A stretch of DNA of 46,762 nt from the NCBI GenBank assembly GCA_001179505.1, contig CDMY01000587.1, positions 1 to 46,762 on the forward strand, written 5' to 3'. Source of the stretch: Vitrella brassicaformis CCMP3155 (Eukaryota; Protista; Chromerida). Numbering within the stretch: the stretch's first letter is position 1; every line of letters begins with the position of its first letter. The translations under genes and the position numbers were made by a program. The notes beneath the pieces are model-generated. The model worked only from the letters and a program-made list of their open reading frames with translations, made no database searches and was not told where the DNA came from. Of the stretch, positions 36,881-46,762 are shown piece by piece.

Positions 36881-38138
36881 CAGTCCAGCCTTAACGCACT
36901 CGATCTGTACATGGTCAAAAACGGGTCGGATAACCGGGTCACCTCCCAAAGAGACTCAAATCAGCCATCCAACCCGACCATTCATGCCTGAAGATGACCG
37001 CAAGACGATGAGAACCTCTCTGTAAAATGCGGACCGATGAAAGAGTCACTTGACGCGTCACAATGCAGTCATTTTGATCTTGTCGTGAACACGTGAGCAT
37101 TCGCTGGTCGCGCTATGAGAATGGTGAAATTTTTCGTACAGTCCGGACCGCGTAAGTGGGTCAGTACAGGGCTGACCCACTTACGTGTGTGACCCGCTTA
37201 TGCGTACGTACAGAGCTGACCCACTTATTTTCCGGCGACTTTTGGAGTGATTTCTCGCTGTAAATGAATCACAGGAGCCTCTCAGAAGCCCGTTGACTCT
37301 TTTTTTCTCGCTCAAAGTCACTCAAAACGACGAAAAACCGTCTGTTCTCTCATTCATTCAATCAGTCCTTGGATGGCTGCGAGAGCCCTTGGATGTCTCC
37401 GAATGTTTGATTCATCGTCGATCTCCACACACGCCACGCAAAGTGATGCAGCCTGAGTGATTTTGCGAGAAGATTCGTCATTGACACATTCACTTGGCGT
37501 CATCAACGGTGTCTGATGGGCCATGACGGCACGAAAGGCATGAACAGCAAGCATAACAGGAAGCAAATCACATAAATGATGCCGCCCCACCGCCTGCAGC
37601 AGTGAATGCATCCGTCGGAATGCACGATGAGTGGGTAGTGGGTGGGCGGATGGGGTGGGTGTGGGTGGGCGGAGGGTGAAGTGATCCATGGAATGACTGA
37701 GGAGGAAGGAAGGCCGAACACATCAGGGCTGAAGAAACGTGTGTTCGGCTGGATGAATGCCGCCAGATGCCTCAGGTGACTCTGTTGACCACCACCTTGT
37801 TTGTCACAAATGGGTGTTCGTGCCTCAAACGTGAAGCAGCTGCTCTTCCGTTTACATCGTGATCAACCTCGCCAAGCAAACTCGCCTTTTTGTCGCCTTG
37901 ATTCGTCTCAGAAGATGACAATCAAAATGTCTGTATTTCTCCATGGAATCATTCTCTCATCGGTCCGCTCTTTCACAGAGGTGTTCTTCATCGTCTTGCG
38001 GTCATTTTGAGCCACGAATGGTCGGCCCGAATGGCTGATTTGAGTCTCTTTGGGAGCTGACCCGGTTATCCGGTCCGTTTTTGACTGTGTACAGAGTGAT
38101 CGGGATGGGCTGACCCACATACGCAATTGACCCGCTTA
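36881..38138. mobile_element. Nested/tail-to-tail non-autonomous DNA-transposon-like repeats with TA|CAG ends and a repeated TGACCCRSTTA motif
   Basis: 36901-37079 is an imperfect inverted copy of 37921-38097. Perfect 14-bp stem at 37151-37164/37172-37185. TA-CAGGGCTGACCCACTTA at 37165 and TA-CAGAGCTGACCCACTTA at 37209. The element runs into the gap. Confidence 0.65.
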
Positions 38139-38438
38139 NNNNNNNNNNNNNNNNNNNNNNNNNNNNNNNNNNNNNNNNNNNNNNNNNNNNNNNNNNNNNN
38201 NNNNNNNNNNNNNNNNNNNNNNNNNNNNNNNNNNNNNNNNNNNNNNNNNNNNNNNNNNNNNNNNNNNNNNNNNNNNNNNNNNNNNNNNNNNNNNNNNNNN
38301 NNNNNNNNNNNNNNNNNNNNNNNNNNNNNNNNNNNNNNNNNNNNNNNNNNNNNNNNNNNNNNNNNNNNNNNNNNNNNNNNNNNNNNNNNNNNNNNNNNNN
38401 NNNNNNNNNNNNNNNNNNNNNNNNNNNNNNNNNNNNNN
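38139..38438. other. Assembly gap (300 N)
   Basis: Run of n characters. Confidence 1.
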
Positions 38439-39120
38439 CCCGCCGTGTCATTATCATCCAGACAGTCAGGGAAGGCAAACACGATAGACAGCCTTTCCTC
38501 TCGCCGCGGCAGCAGGTTCTCCAACCGCCCCCACCTGCACACAAACACGCAGAGAGATAAGCCTGGATGGATGTCTACACCCGTCATCTCTCTCGGTCTG
38601 TCTGACTTACCAGTCACAGACGAGCGGCTCGCCGTTTTCCTGCAGCACCTCCACACCCGCCCGAATGCCGTGGTTCAAGTTCTGCATGCCAGAAAGGTCA
38701 GTCAGAAAGCCAGAGACAGCGTGGCATGTCAATCACACCCGCCTTGAGCACGGAGGGAGTCTTTCGCTGAGCTTACATAGCGCGCGTCCCCCGAGAAGCT
38801 GACTAACGAACGGAGTCTAAAGAGGCAGTCAATGTCGCTGTCGGTCCAGGATGACCGAGCAATCTGAGCAGGGTTCTTGCGCACACCTGCCCAGCCCACA
38901 CAAACGCGCAAAACAGACACGAACGAACAGATGAGAGAGAGGGCCGCCTGCCACTCACACGCAGCGGTGGCTGCTGCTCACCGGTGGGGCAGTCGACGGG
39001 CGAGAAGGTGATAACAGTGCCAGAGAGGAGACCCAGAATGAAGACGTGAGGGCCGTCGGTCATCGGATCGACGTGGGCGTCGAGTTTGAAGAATCGAGAG
39101 TCTGTGTTCAGCAAACTCGA
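38439..39120 (-). CDS. AlkB-family 2OG-Fe(II) dioxygenase, 3' exons only (5' half missing; stop codon in the gap)
   Basis: LDAHVDPMTDGPHVFILGLLSGTVITF (HxD), SDIDCLFRLRSLVSFSGDARY-NLNHGIR (distal His), and PRREERLSIVFAF, joined by canonical minus-strand introns. Confidence 0.75.
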
Positions 39121-39228
39121 CTGACTTCGAGAGTCAGTTCGGCGCCCCACACACAAGGAGATGGAGGAAGAGAGACAGTGCCATAATCGTATGTGTGTTT
39201 TAATTTGTGTGTGTGTGATGTGGTTTAG

Positions 39229-39596
39229 TTGGTGGAGCTGTCGTCTGAGTGTTCGTCTGAGAGTGAGGAGGACAGCGACATGAAGGACGCGCCCCCCGCA
39301 CGAGCCCGCGCCAAGGCGAAAGCCAAAGCCAAGAACAACAAGGAGAAGAAACCAAAGGTCAGAGACACGCCCGACACACACAGAGGGGGGAAGAGAAACA
39401 TGGACATGTGTGTGAGGGTGTGTGTGTGCGTGTCGTTGGTATTGCGTCAAGATGATGCAGTTGAAGCTGGATGCATACGCCAAGCAATCCGTCGCCAACA
39501 GGCCTACGGTTAGGCCTCATCCATTTCTGGATGGCCCATTGCAACACAGCGTCTTGTGTGTGCCGGGTCGTGGCTGAGGTCGTGGATCTCACATGA
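39229..39596 (+). pseudogene. 3' fragment of an unknown acidic/basic (nuclear-like) protein gene
   Basis: LVELSSECSSESEEDSDMKDAPPARARAKAKAKAKNNKEKKPK | MMQLKLDAYAKQSVANRPT | VVDLT*, with introns 39358-39451 and about 39510-39578 typical of this genome. Confidence 0.5.
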
Positions 39597-40624
39597 AAAC
39601 TTCACACACACAGACAACAAGGTCAGACTGGCACACGTCATACATGCCCTTCATACGTGTATGCGTGTCTGTCCGTGTGTGTGTCGTCCGTGTGTGATTG
39701 GTTGCAGTTTGACTGAGTTGATCTCCGACCGGCAGACCATCGTGTGCCAGCAGACAGACTGATCATGTGTGTGTCCCTGAGGTCCGCTAACAGACAGACA
39801 TGACAGTCATGACAGACTTGACAGACATGACGAACTAACAGAATGTCCCGACACATCAGGCAGCACAGTGCGAACGTGTCCACCGCAATACCCATTGTCG
39901 CTTGTCCGTGCTGCTGTCCTTATGAGGTGTGATGATTCATGTTGAATGCGTACACCCGAGCAGCTGCATGCCGTTGCATAGGGGGTTCCCATCAGACTCA
40001 TCTCGGTCTGTATGCAAATGAAAACGAACACAGAGACTCAACAACGGATCAGCAACTAACCCTCAATAACCGATGGATGGATGGATGGTATTGTCTCAAT
40101 GAAAAGGGAGTCAAGATCCATGAAGGCGAAGCGGCGCGAAGCCAAACCGATGTCGAGCATAGCGTGATTTAACATTGTGTGTGGACTGTTGGTACAAACA
40201 AATGATGAGCCCGTCCATGTGTTTGACTTTCATCGACTGCCTCACCTGTTCCACATCACTGTTCACCCATGACACACTGTCACAATGGACGCAAAAAATG
40301 CTCCGCATGTGCGCGAAAACCAAAGGCGCACTGCGGTGGCACGCTGCTCTCTGTCTTTGCCTGCCTGTCTGCAAATTCGTGACTTCCCCCTCACCTGCAC
40401 AACTGTGCTGGTAGCGGCACACATGCATGATTGGATGAACAGGTCGACACCCAAAAATCAAATCCCCACTGCATGTCACATCACACGCACGTCCACCCAC
40501 TGCCCCCAGTCAGTCGAGTCGCTGCTCCGTACATCCGTCCAGCCCCTCAACCCCCCATGCACGCCAAACATGCATCCCCACCACACACATGGACGGCCCT
40601 TCCAATCTGTCTACACTGCCTTGG

Positions 40625-41734
40625 CTACTTGGAGGTGAAGGGGAAAGGCGCAGTAGAGACGAGGTCCTGCACCATCAGGCCCATGATGCCGATCATCGCC
40701 AGGCGGCCGTTGTTGATCTCGCGAGACTGATAACCCTTCATCTGCTCGGGGTCCTCAGGGCCCTTCCACCAGAAGCCAGGGCCGACATCGATTCCCTGCG
40801 CACAAAACACCAACCAATGCGGTCCCGCGGTGGGATGAATCCGGCTGGCTGTGTGGGCTGTCCTGCCCCTGTCGTACGTATTTCGAATCGACGGGGAAGA
40901 CGATGTTGTCGAGGAAGGCGATGAAGAACATCAGCTGCGCGATACCGGCGGCCGAGATGGCCCTGACGGCGTCAATGCCTGTAACCAATGAATGTCGACA
41001 GGCACACAACCCACACGGACCATGAATGTGAACCCGGAGGCATGCGGCAGCCTTACTGACTGACTGACTGACTGACTTACCAGGTGGGATGTCGGCGAAC
41101 TTGAGCTCGGGGTTGGTGGCGAGCCAGCCGTCGAATTTGAAGAAGTAGGGGACTGCGTAGCCGATCATGGCGAGCATAGCAACACGCCCGTGCTTGAGCT
41201 CAGCCCGGCGGTAGAAATTGAAGGTCTGACAAGGACAAGCATGCAGCCAGCCATGCCTTCACCCCGCCGCGGCACCCATAGTTCACGGATGCGTACCTCC
41301 TCGTCCTTGGCGAGGCCAATAGGGTCCCAGTAGCCCAGGGGCGCGGTGATGCCCGCATCGTCCTGCAACAACACACCGGGAAGGCGAGTATCATGACAAG
41401 ATCTGCGCACACAGTGCTCACTCACGAGTCGCTTACCCGTGCGAACGCCGGGACGTCTTCGGCGACCATCTGAGGTGCGGTGCGGGGCGCAACTGTCTTG
41501 GTCAGCCTGACACGCATGACATGACCGCAGTATGAAAAGCACCAATGACGCAGACAGACATGTGTCCGCCTCAGGAGTCCGCTCTGATCCGCGCTGCTGA
41601 GCTGAACTGTGTCTGAGTGAATGACGGTCTGCCTGCCTTTGGTCTTACCCTCTCAGAGGAGTGGTGGGCGGCACAAAGGCCTCATGGGCCGATGCGGCGA
41701 CGATGAGCAGGGCGGCGCACACCACAGACTGCAT
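40625..41734 (-). CDS. Light-harvesting complex protein (chlorophyll a/c-binding, FCP-like family), copy 1
   Basis: APLGYWDPIGL, RRAELKHGRVAMLA, EINNGRLAMIG. Leader MQSVVCAALLIVAASAHEAFVP. Confidence 0.95.
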
Positions 41735-41790
41735 GGCTGCTGACGATTATGGAAGAGAGAGGGCTGAGGGGACAGGAGGGCGACGAGAGA

Positions 41791-41911
41791 GCGAAGCGGG
41801 GGACGGGAGCAAAACTCCAGATCTGGGCGCAGAGCTTTCCGCGAGTAGATTTGTAAATCTAGATCAGAAATTTCCACGAGGAAAAGAAGCCGCAAAAGCC
41901 CCTCGCATTGG
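41791..41911. promoter_or_regulatory. Unique spacer / shared promoter of the LHC palindrome, with a central AT-rich dyad
   Basis: Inverted identity between the genes stops at about 41790/41912. tagattt-gt-aaatcta at 41846-41861 sits near the spacer midpoint (~41851). Confidence 0.55.
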
Positions 41912-41967
41912 TCTCTGGTCGCCCTCCTGTCCCCTCAGCCCTCTCTCTTCCATAATCCTCAGCAGCC

Positions 41968-43119
41968 ATGCAGTCTGTGGTGTGCGCCGCCCTGCTCATC
42001 GTCGCCGCATCGGCCCATGAGGCCTTTGTGCCGCCCACCACTCCTCTGAGAGGGTAAGACCACAGGCAGGCAGACGGTCATTCACTCAGACACAGTTCAG
42101 CTCAGCAGCGCGGATCAGAGCGGACTCCTGAGGCGGACACAGGTGTGCTTGTCATGTCATGATGTGGTCATGCGTGTCAGGCTGACCAGGACAGGTGCGC
42201 CCCGCACCGCACCTCAGATGGTGACTGATGACGTCCCGGCGTTCGCTAAGGTGGGTTACCTGTCTGCATGGAGGGTCACATTCATTTGAGATCGTCTCAC
42301 CTTTGCCTCTCCCGGTGTGTTGTCTGCAGGACGATGCAGGCATCACCGCGCCCCTGGGCTACTGGGACCCTATTGGCCTCGCCAAGGACGAGGAGGTACG
42401 CATCCGTCTATTGCGGACACAGCGAGATAACGCGTCTTGATGCTCTGTGGGTGACATGTATCGTGTGGGATGTGGCTGCGTTGTCTTGTTTGTGTCTGTT
42501 CAAACGCAGACCTTCCAGTTTTACCGGCGCGCTGAGATCAAGCACGGGCGTGTTGCTATGCTCGCCATTATCGGCTACGTGGTGCCCTACTACTTCAAGT
42601 TCGACGGCTGGCTCGCCACCAGCCCCGAGCTCAAGTTCGCCGACATCCCACCTGGTCAGTCACTCCGTCGGTCCGCCACATCACATAGATTCATCGTCTG
42701 GACACCGCTAGGATGGACAGTGGTCTCTGTGTGTGGTTTCTTTCCATGATCTATCTACCAGGCATTGATGCCATGCAGGTCATCAGCGGCGCCGGCCTGG
42801 CCCAGCTGTTCTTCTTCATCGCTTTCCTCGACAACATTGTCTTCCCCGTCGCCAAGGGCGGCTCCGGCCTCTACGTAAGACAGCACTACTGATGTCTTTG
42901 ATGCACTGGTTGATGTGTTGCCTTATCTTTCGATTGATCTATCAGAGTGGTCTCGATGTCGGCCCTGGCTTCTGGTGGAAGGGCCCTGAGGACCCCGAGC
43001 AGTTCAAAGGCTACCAGGCACGCGAGATCAACAACGGCCGCCTGGCGATGATCGGCATCATGGCGGCGATGGTGCAGGACCTCGTCACCGACAAGCCCTT
43101 CCCGTTCACCTCCAAGTAG
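41968..43119 (+). CDS. Light-harvesting complex protein (chlorophyll a/c-binding, FCP-like family), copy 2
   Basis: Same leader as copy 1. DDAGITAPLGYWDPIGLAKDEE-TFQFYRRAEIKHGRVAMLA...EINNGRLAMIGIMAAMVQDLVTDKPFPFTSK*. Confidence 0.95.
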
Positions 43120-44121
43120 ACTGACTGACAGACAGGCAGAGTGGCTGATGGAGGCGTCGGTGGGTGGGCGTGTCGCGTGTGCGTGGGGCTTTCATGGGGC
43201 GTGCATGGCATGCCGGGCCGGCGGATCAACGGATCAGCGACTCAGCTGATCTGGCTGACTGGGGGCAGTGAGGGGGCGTGTGTGTGTGACGTGACATGCA
43301 GTGGGGATTGCTTTGGGGTGTCGTCTGTCTCATTACTCATTCACAAAAAGTTTCCAGCACAGCTAGTGCAGGCGACATGCACACATGGGAGACAGGCATG
43401 CGAGAGATATAATAGTGCGGCTTTGCTTTCTGGCCGCACTGTGCATTTTGTGTGGTGTGTGTGTGGTGTGTGGCAGCCATGTGATGTGTGGATGTGTGAA
43501 GTAGATGGATGTACCACAGGCAGACAGGCAGGCATGCAGGCAGACAGGAGGAGGTCATCCACAAGACATAAGATGTTGTATACACACGATTTTTCGATCG
43601 TGTCGGTACTTGGTCGTCGATGGACAAACGCGTGAACGTTGGAAGGTGAATGGATGGCAAGGAGGATCTGGTGGCTTGCAAATGCATTAGTGCATTCATT
43701 CACAGGCAATTAACAGACAAGGAACTTACAGTCATCATCATCTAACGCGTCTGAATATGCACATGGCTCGTCCCTTTGCCCACTTGCACGCCGACAGAGT
43801 GCAGCTCTCACTCGGGTATTCGCTGATCAGTGAGATGGCTTTATCAATCACATGATGAGTGGTGTGAAGTCCATTACACAAATGGTGCCGGAAAATCGTT
43901 GGAGCGACCCAGCAGGGTACACATCTGTATCTCCCTACACACCAACGGTCAGTTGATCGAAGACAAATGCTCACTGGCCTCACTCAGCTGGTCTGTCTGT
44001 CTGGTTGCAAGGAAAACTCAGCCGACGGAAGAACCAACGAAAGGAGGGATGGATGATGGATGGATGGATGGATCACACATGGTGCACAGTCTGCCTGCCT
44101 GCCTGCCTGCCTGTGTGTAGT

Positions 44122-46329
44122 CTAGACCATCTCGAGGCCGACATCAGCCGAATCGAGCTCCTTGAAGACACCGCAAAACTCCTGCAGAGTGCAGTCGTTG
44201 GCCCCGGGGCGCTGCGCCTGTCGTCCATCGCGACATACACACACACACAGCCACTCACTCGGTCGCTCACGTACTTGGTTCGCTCGCCGTGCGTGTGCCC
44301 GCGCTTACGAGTATGTGTTTGTCGACAAGTTGGGAGATATCCTCCGCGTTGAGATCCGAGAAGCCGAGCTCATCTAGCAAGTCGGGGAACCTGCACACAA
44401 CACACGCACACGACATGCAGGATACCTACCATGGCCTGCTGCTCTGCGTGAGTATGTTTGGTGAGATACGTGTGGCTCACTGACCGTTCCAAGGGGACCG
44501 TGTGAGTGTCGTCCATATCGAAGCGGTCGAACGTGTTTCTGATCTCCGACATCTGCGGCAGTAAAGATTGCTCTTTCGTCTGTGCAGGCCTGTACGTATG
44601 CCTGTCTGTCTATCTATGCATGTTTATGTGTGTGTGTGTGTGGTGGTGGTTGTGTGACCACTAGGCGAGGGATGCCGAGAGCCTCCCCGACCAAGGACCC
44701 CTCGGCAAACAGCTTGCTTGACTTGTGCTCACGGCCCTGAGTCAGCTTCGTGTCCATCTAGATACATGTGCAGAAGTAGATCCATACACACATGTATGCA
44801 AGGAAGTGTGGTGACCGACCTTGAAGCTCTGTTGGGTCCTCTGGAGCTCGGCCTTGACGAGCTGTTTGCGCCGGTCCTCGTCAAGCTGCTCCTCCCTCTC
44901 GAAGCCACCAATGCCGCCCACATCGCCCCCGGAACTGTACATCGACAGACGCAACTTGCCGTCACCCGCATTCTCCCCCTCAACAGCAGGAGTGTCGTGC
45001 TCTTGTCCCTCCTCGTCCTGCTCGAGCACCAGGGTGATGGTGGGACCAGCCTCGCTGGAGCTGGATGAGCCACCCAGTTCCTTCTGCTTCATGTACTGCT
45101 CGTACGCCGTGTTGAGCTGCCCCCGTGGTTAACAACGTGTAGTCAGTGGACGGGAGTGAGTCTGTGTTGGATAGATTGCTGACCTCTTGCTCAAACTCTT
45201 CGCCGCTTTTCTTCTCTATCACGCCCGTCTGAAGGCAAGCAGCCAGAGGAGGGGAGAGGGGGAGAGCCACGTGGGCGCTGCCATCCATCCATCGATCCGC
45301 TCGTGTGAGTATTTGTGACATTGCCGCGCACCTGGACCTCGGTGATCTGGCCATCTCCGCCCACATCCTGCGCACAAACAGACGAAGAACCCACGGAAGA
45401 CAACTCGGGTGAGAGATCAGCCGTTTTTTGTGGCGGTTGCATGCCCGTGTACCTACCTGTCTGAGGCAGATGATGTTGCCGTTGTCGGCCTCCCGCTGTA
45501 TGTGCGTGACGTGGATGTGGTAGTACTGCCCATCGTCGTTGGTATCGAAACGAATGCCGTCGGTGATGCAGAAGTCGACCGATAGGGCGTCGTTGGGGAC
45601 GCCCACAGTGCACCGCAGCGTCCCGTCCCCCTCCCGCAGCATGGGCGTCATAAACGGCGCATGCATTTGGGTCCCGTCCCACCCGTTCCAACCCCCCATG
45701 TAATACAGCTGCGTACGGTAAGTAAGACATACATACCATGCAATGCAACCACACAGGTGAGATGCCTGGTGAGCGCGTGACTGACTGACTGACTGCCTGA
45801 CTGGCTAGACTTGGTTGGTTGGCTGGCTGTTCCTGACCTGCCCCTGTTGCTGTGGTGGGAAGGCTTCAGGTGGTGGTCGGTAGCTGACCACCAGAGTGTC
45901 CCCCGCCCCGACCTCGGATGCGCCAAAGTAGCTCAGACGACCCGCAATCATGACGTTCTCTGCAGTGCAAGCAGCAGACAGGTCGACGAGTGAGGGTAGG
46001 GCGCTGTCTGTCTGCATGCCTTGGTCGATGACGGGCACATTGTTGGCGTTGACGCGCCGCCGTGGTCCGTCGACTGCCTTGACGCTTGCTGCTTTGTGCA
46101 CAAGAACGCACGCCAAGCAAAACCAATTGATGGTGGGCCAGATGCAGTGGCGGAACGTGTCTGGTATGCCCTCTCTCGTCTCCTTCTCACCGAAGATCTT
46201 TCTTCGCCTCGTCGGCGGATCTGCAGACAGATCTCTCCAGGCTCTCCTGCCGCTGGACGGCTGCCGAATCACGAAGCACTCACTCAATGCTAACAGCTCA
46301 CAAAACACCCAAACAAGCAACATCATCAT
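44122..46329 (-). CDS. Signal/transit-peptide protein with a CBM53/CBM25-like starch-binding module and a C-terminal EF-hand pair
   Basis: Leader MMMLLVWVFCELLALSECFVIRQP (alternative ATG at 46362). CBM-like: LHGGLNGW...LRCTVGVPNDALSVDFCITDGIRFDTNDDGQYYHI. EF-hand-like: IRNTFDRFDMDDTHTVPLERFPDLLDELG and CTLQEFCGVFKEL. Ends GLEMV* at 44122. Confidence 0.75.
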
Positions 46330-46462
46330 CCTCCTGCCTCCCAAGCTCGCATCGACCAACATTCCGTGAAACCGCTCACCGTGCCTCTCGTCGCCGCAGA
46401 AGCCCGAGGGGTCTCCGAAGACCGATAGCCGCGGTGAGGCTCACCACACGCCGCGATGTATA

Positions 46463-46762
46463 TGTAAGAATAGGTGGGAGAGAGTCGGGGAGAATGGTGA
46501 AGAGAGGATCTGCCGGGCGGTCAGTCCCGGATAAAGGATTAAGTCAATGCAACGTAAGGTCTGTGGATTTTGTGGAGAGTCCACGTAGGACATGTAGTAT
46601 GCGTCAGTCCATTCTGTCTGACGTCCTGTCCGTCATGGCCTGTCTCATGGAACGGACAAAGACTCAACAGCCGTCCTGTCTCACAGATCAGTGGATCGTC
46701 GGTCTATGAACCCTAGACCCTAAACCCTGGACCGACTTGCACTTCTGACATGTAAGAATAGG
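46463..46762 (+). mobile_element. LTR-like element (288 bp, TGTAAG...CTGACA) immediately followed by the start of a second copy
   Basis: TG...CA termini with a 5/6 terminal inverted match. tgtaagaatagg at 46463 recurs exactly at 46751-46762, directly after ...CTGACA at 46750. Confidence 0.55.

Noticed and set aside
38965-39132. Open plus-strand frame over the AlkB exon, suggesting dual coding
   Set aside because: Antisense frames of GC-rich exons are often open and the peptide has no recognisable features; kept only as an alternative in the junction finding.
39640-40080. Minus-strand exon/intron-like pattern as a possible AlkB 5' half
   Set aside because: The translations I tried gave no coherent AlkB-like sequence, and no splice path to 39120 was found.
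1-46762. tRNA/rRNA genes
   Set aside because: No cloverleaf or rRNA signature recognised by eye; tRNAscan-SE/Infernal would be needed to exclude them.

Overview
Eukaryotic, GC-rich, intron-dense nuclear DNA. Short microsatellite-rich GT/GC-AG introns, chlorophyll a/c-family LHC genes and signal peptide + Phe plastid leaders suggest a photosynthetic alveolate such as a chromerid (Vitrella-like); this is inferred, not database-checked. I hand-spliced these genes: an EF-hand/TM protein; a PHD-PINIT-SP-RING SUMO E3 ligase; a NOL/NYC1-like SDR with a plastid leader; a PARP6/8-type ART + UBA + UBE2Q-type E2 fusion; a GT90 glycosyltransferase; a small protein with a NUMOD1-like HTH; a giant low-complexity protein; two head-to-head LHC paralogs; and a plastid-leader protein with a starch-binding CBM plus EF-hands. 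The 34-40 kb interval is a rearranged zone. It holds an orphan LHC 3' flank, a 5'-less Spo11/Top6A-like TOPRIM fragment, a duplicated exon split by a foldback element with 20-bp satellite arms, nested TA-CAG DNA-transposon-like repeats, a 300-N gap, and two 3' gene halves (AlkB-like and unknown) joined back to back. An LTR-like TG...CA element, apparently in tandem, closes the window. All splice models and domain calls are by eye; coordinates of outer exon ends are approximate.
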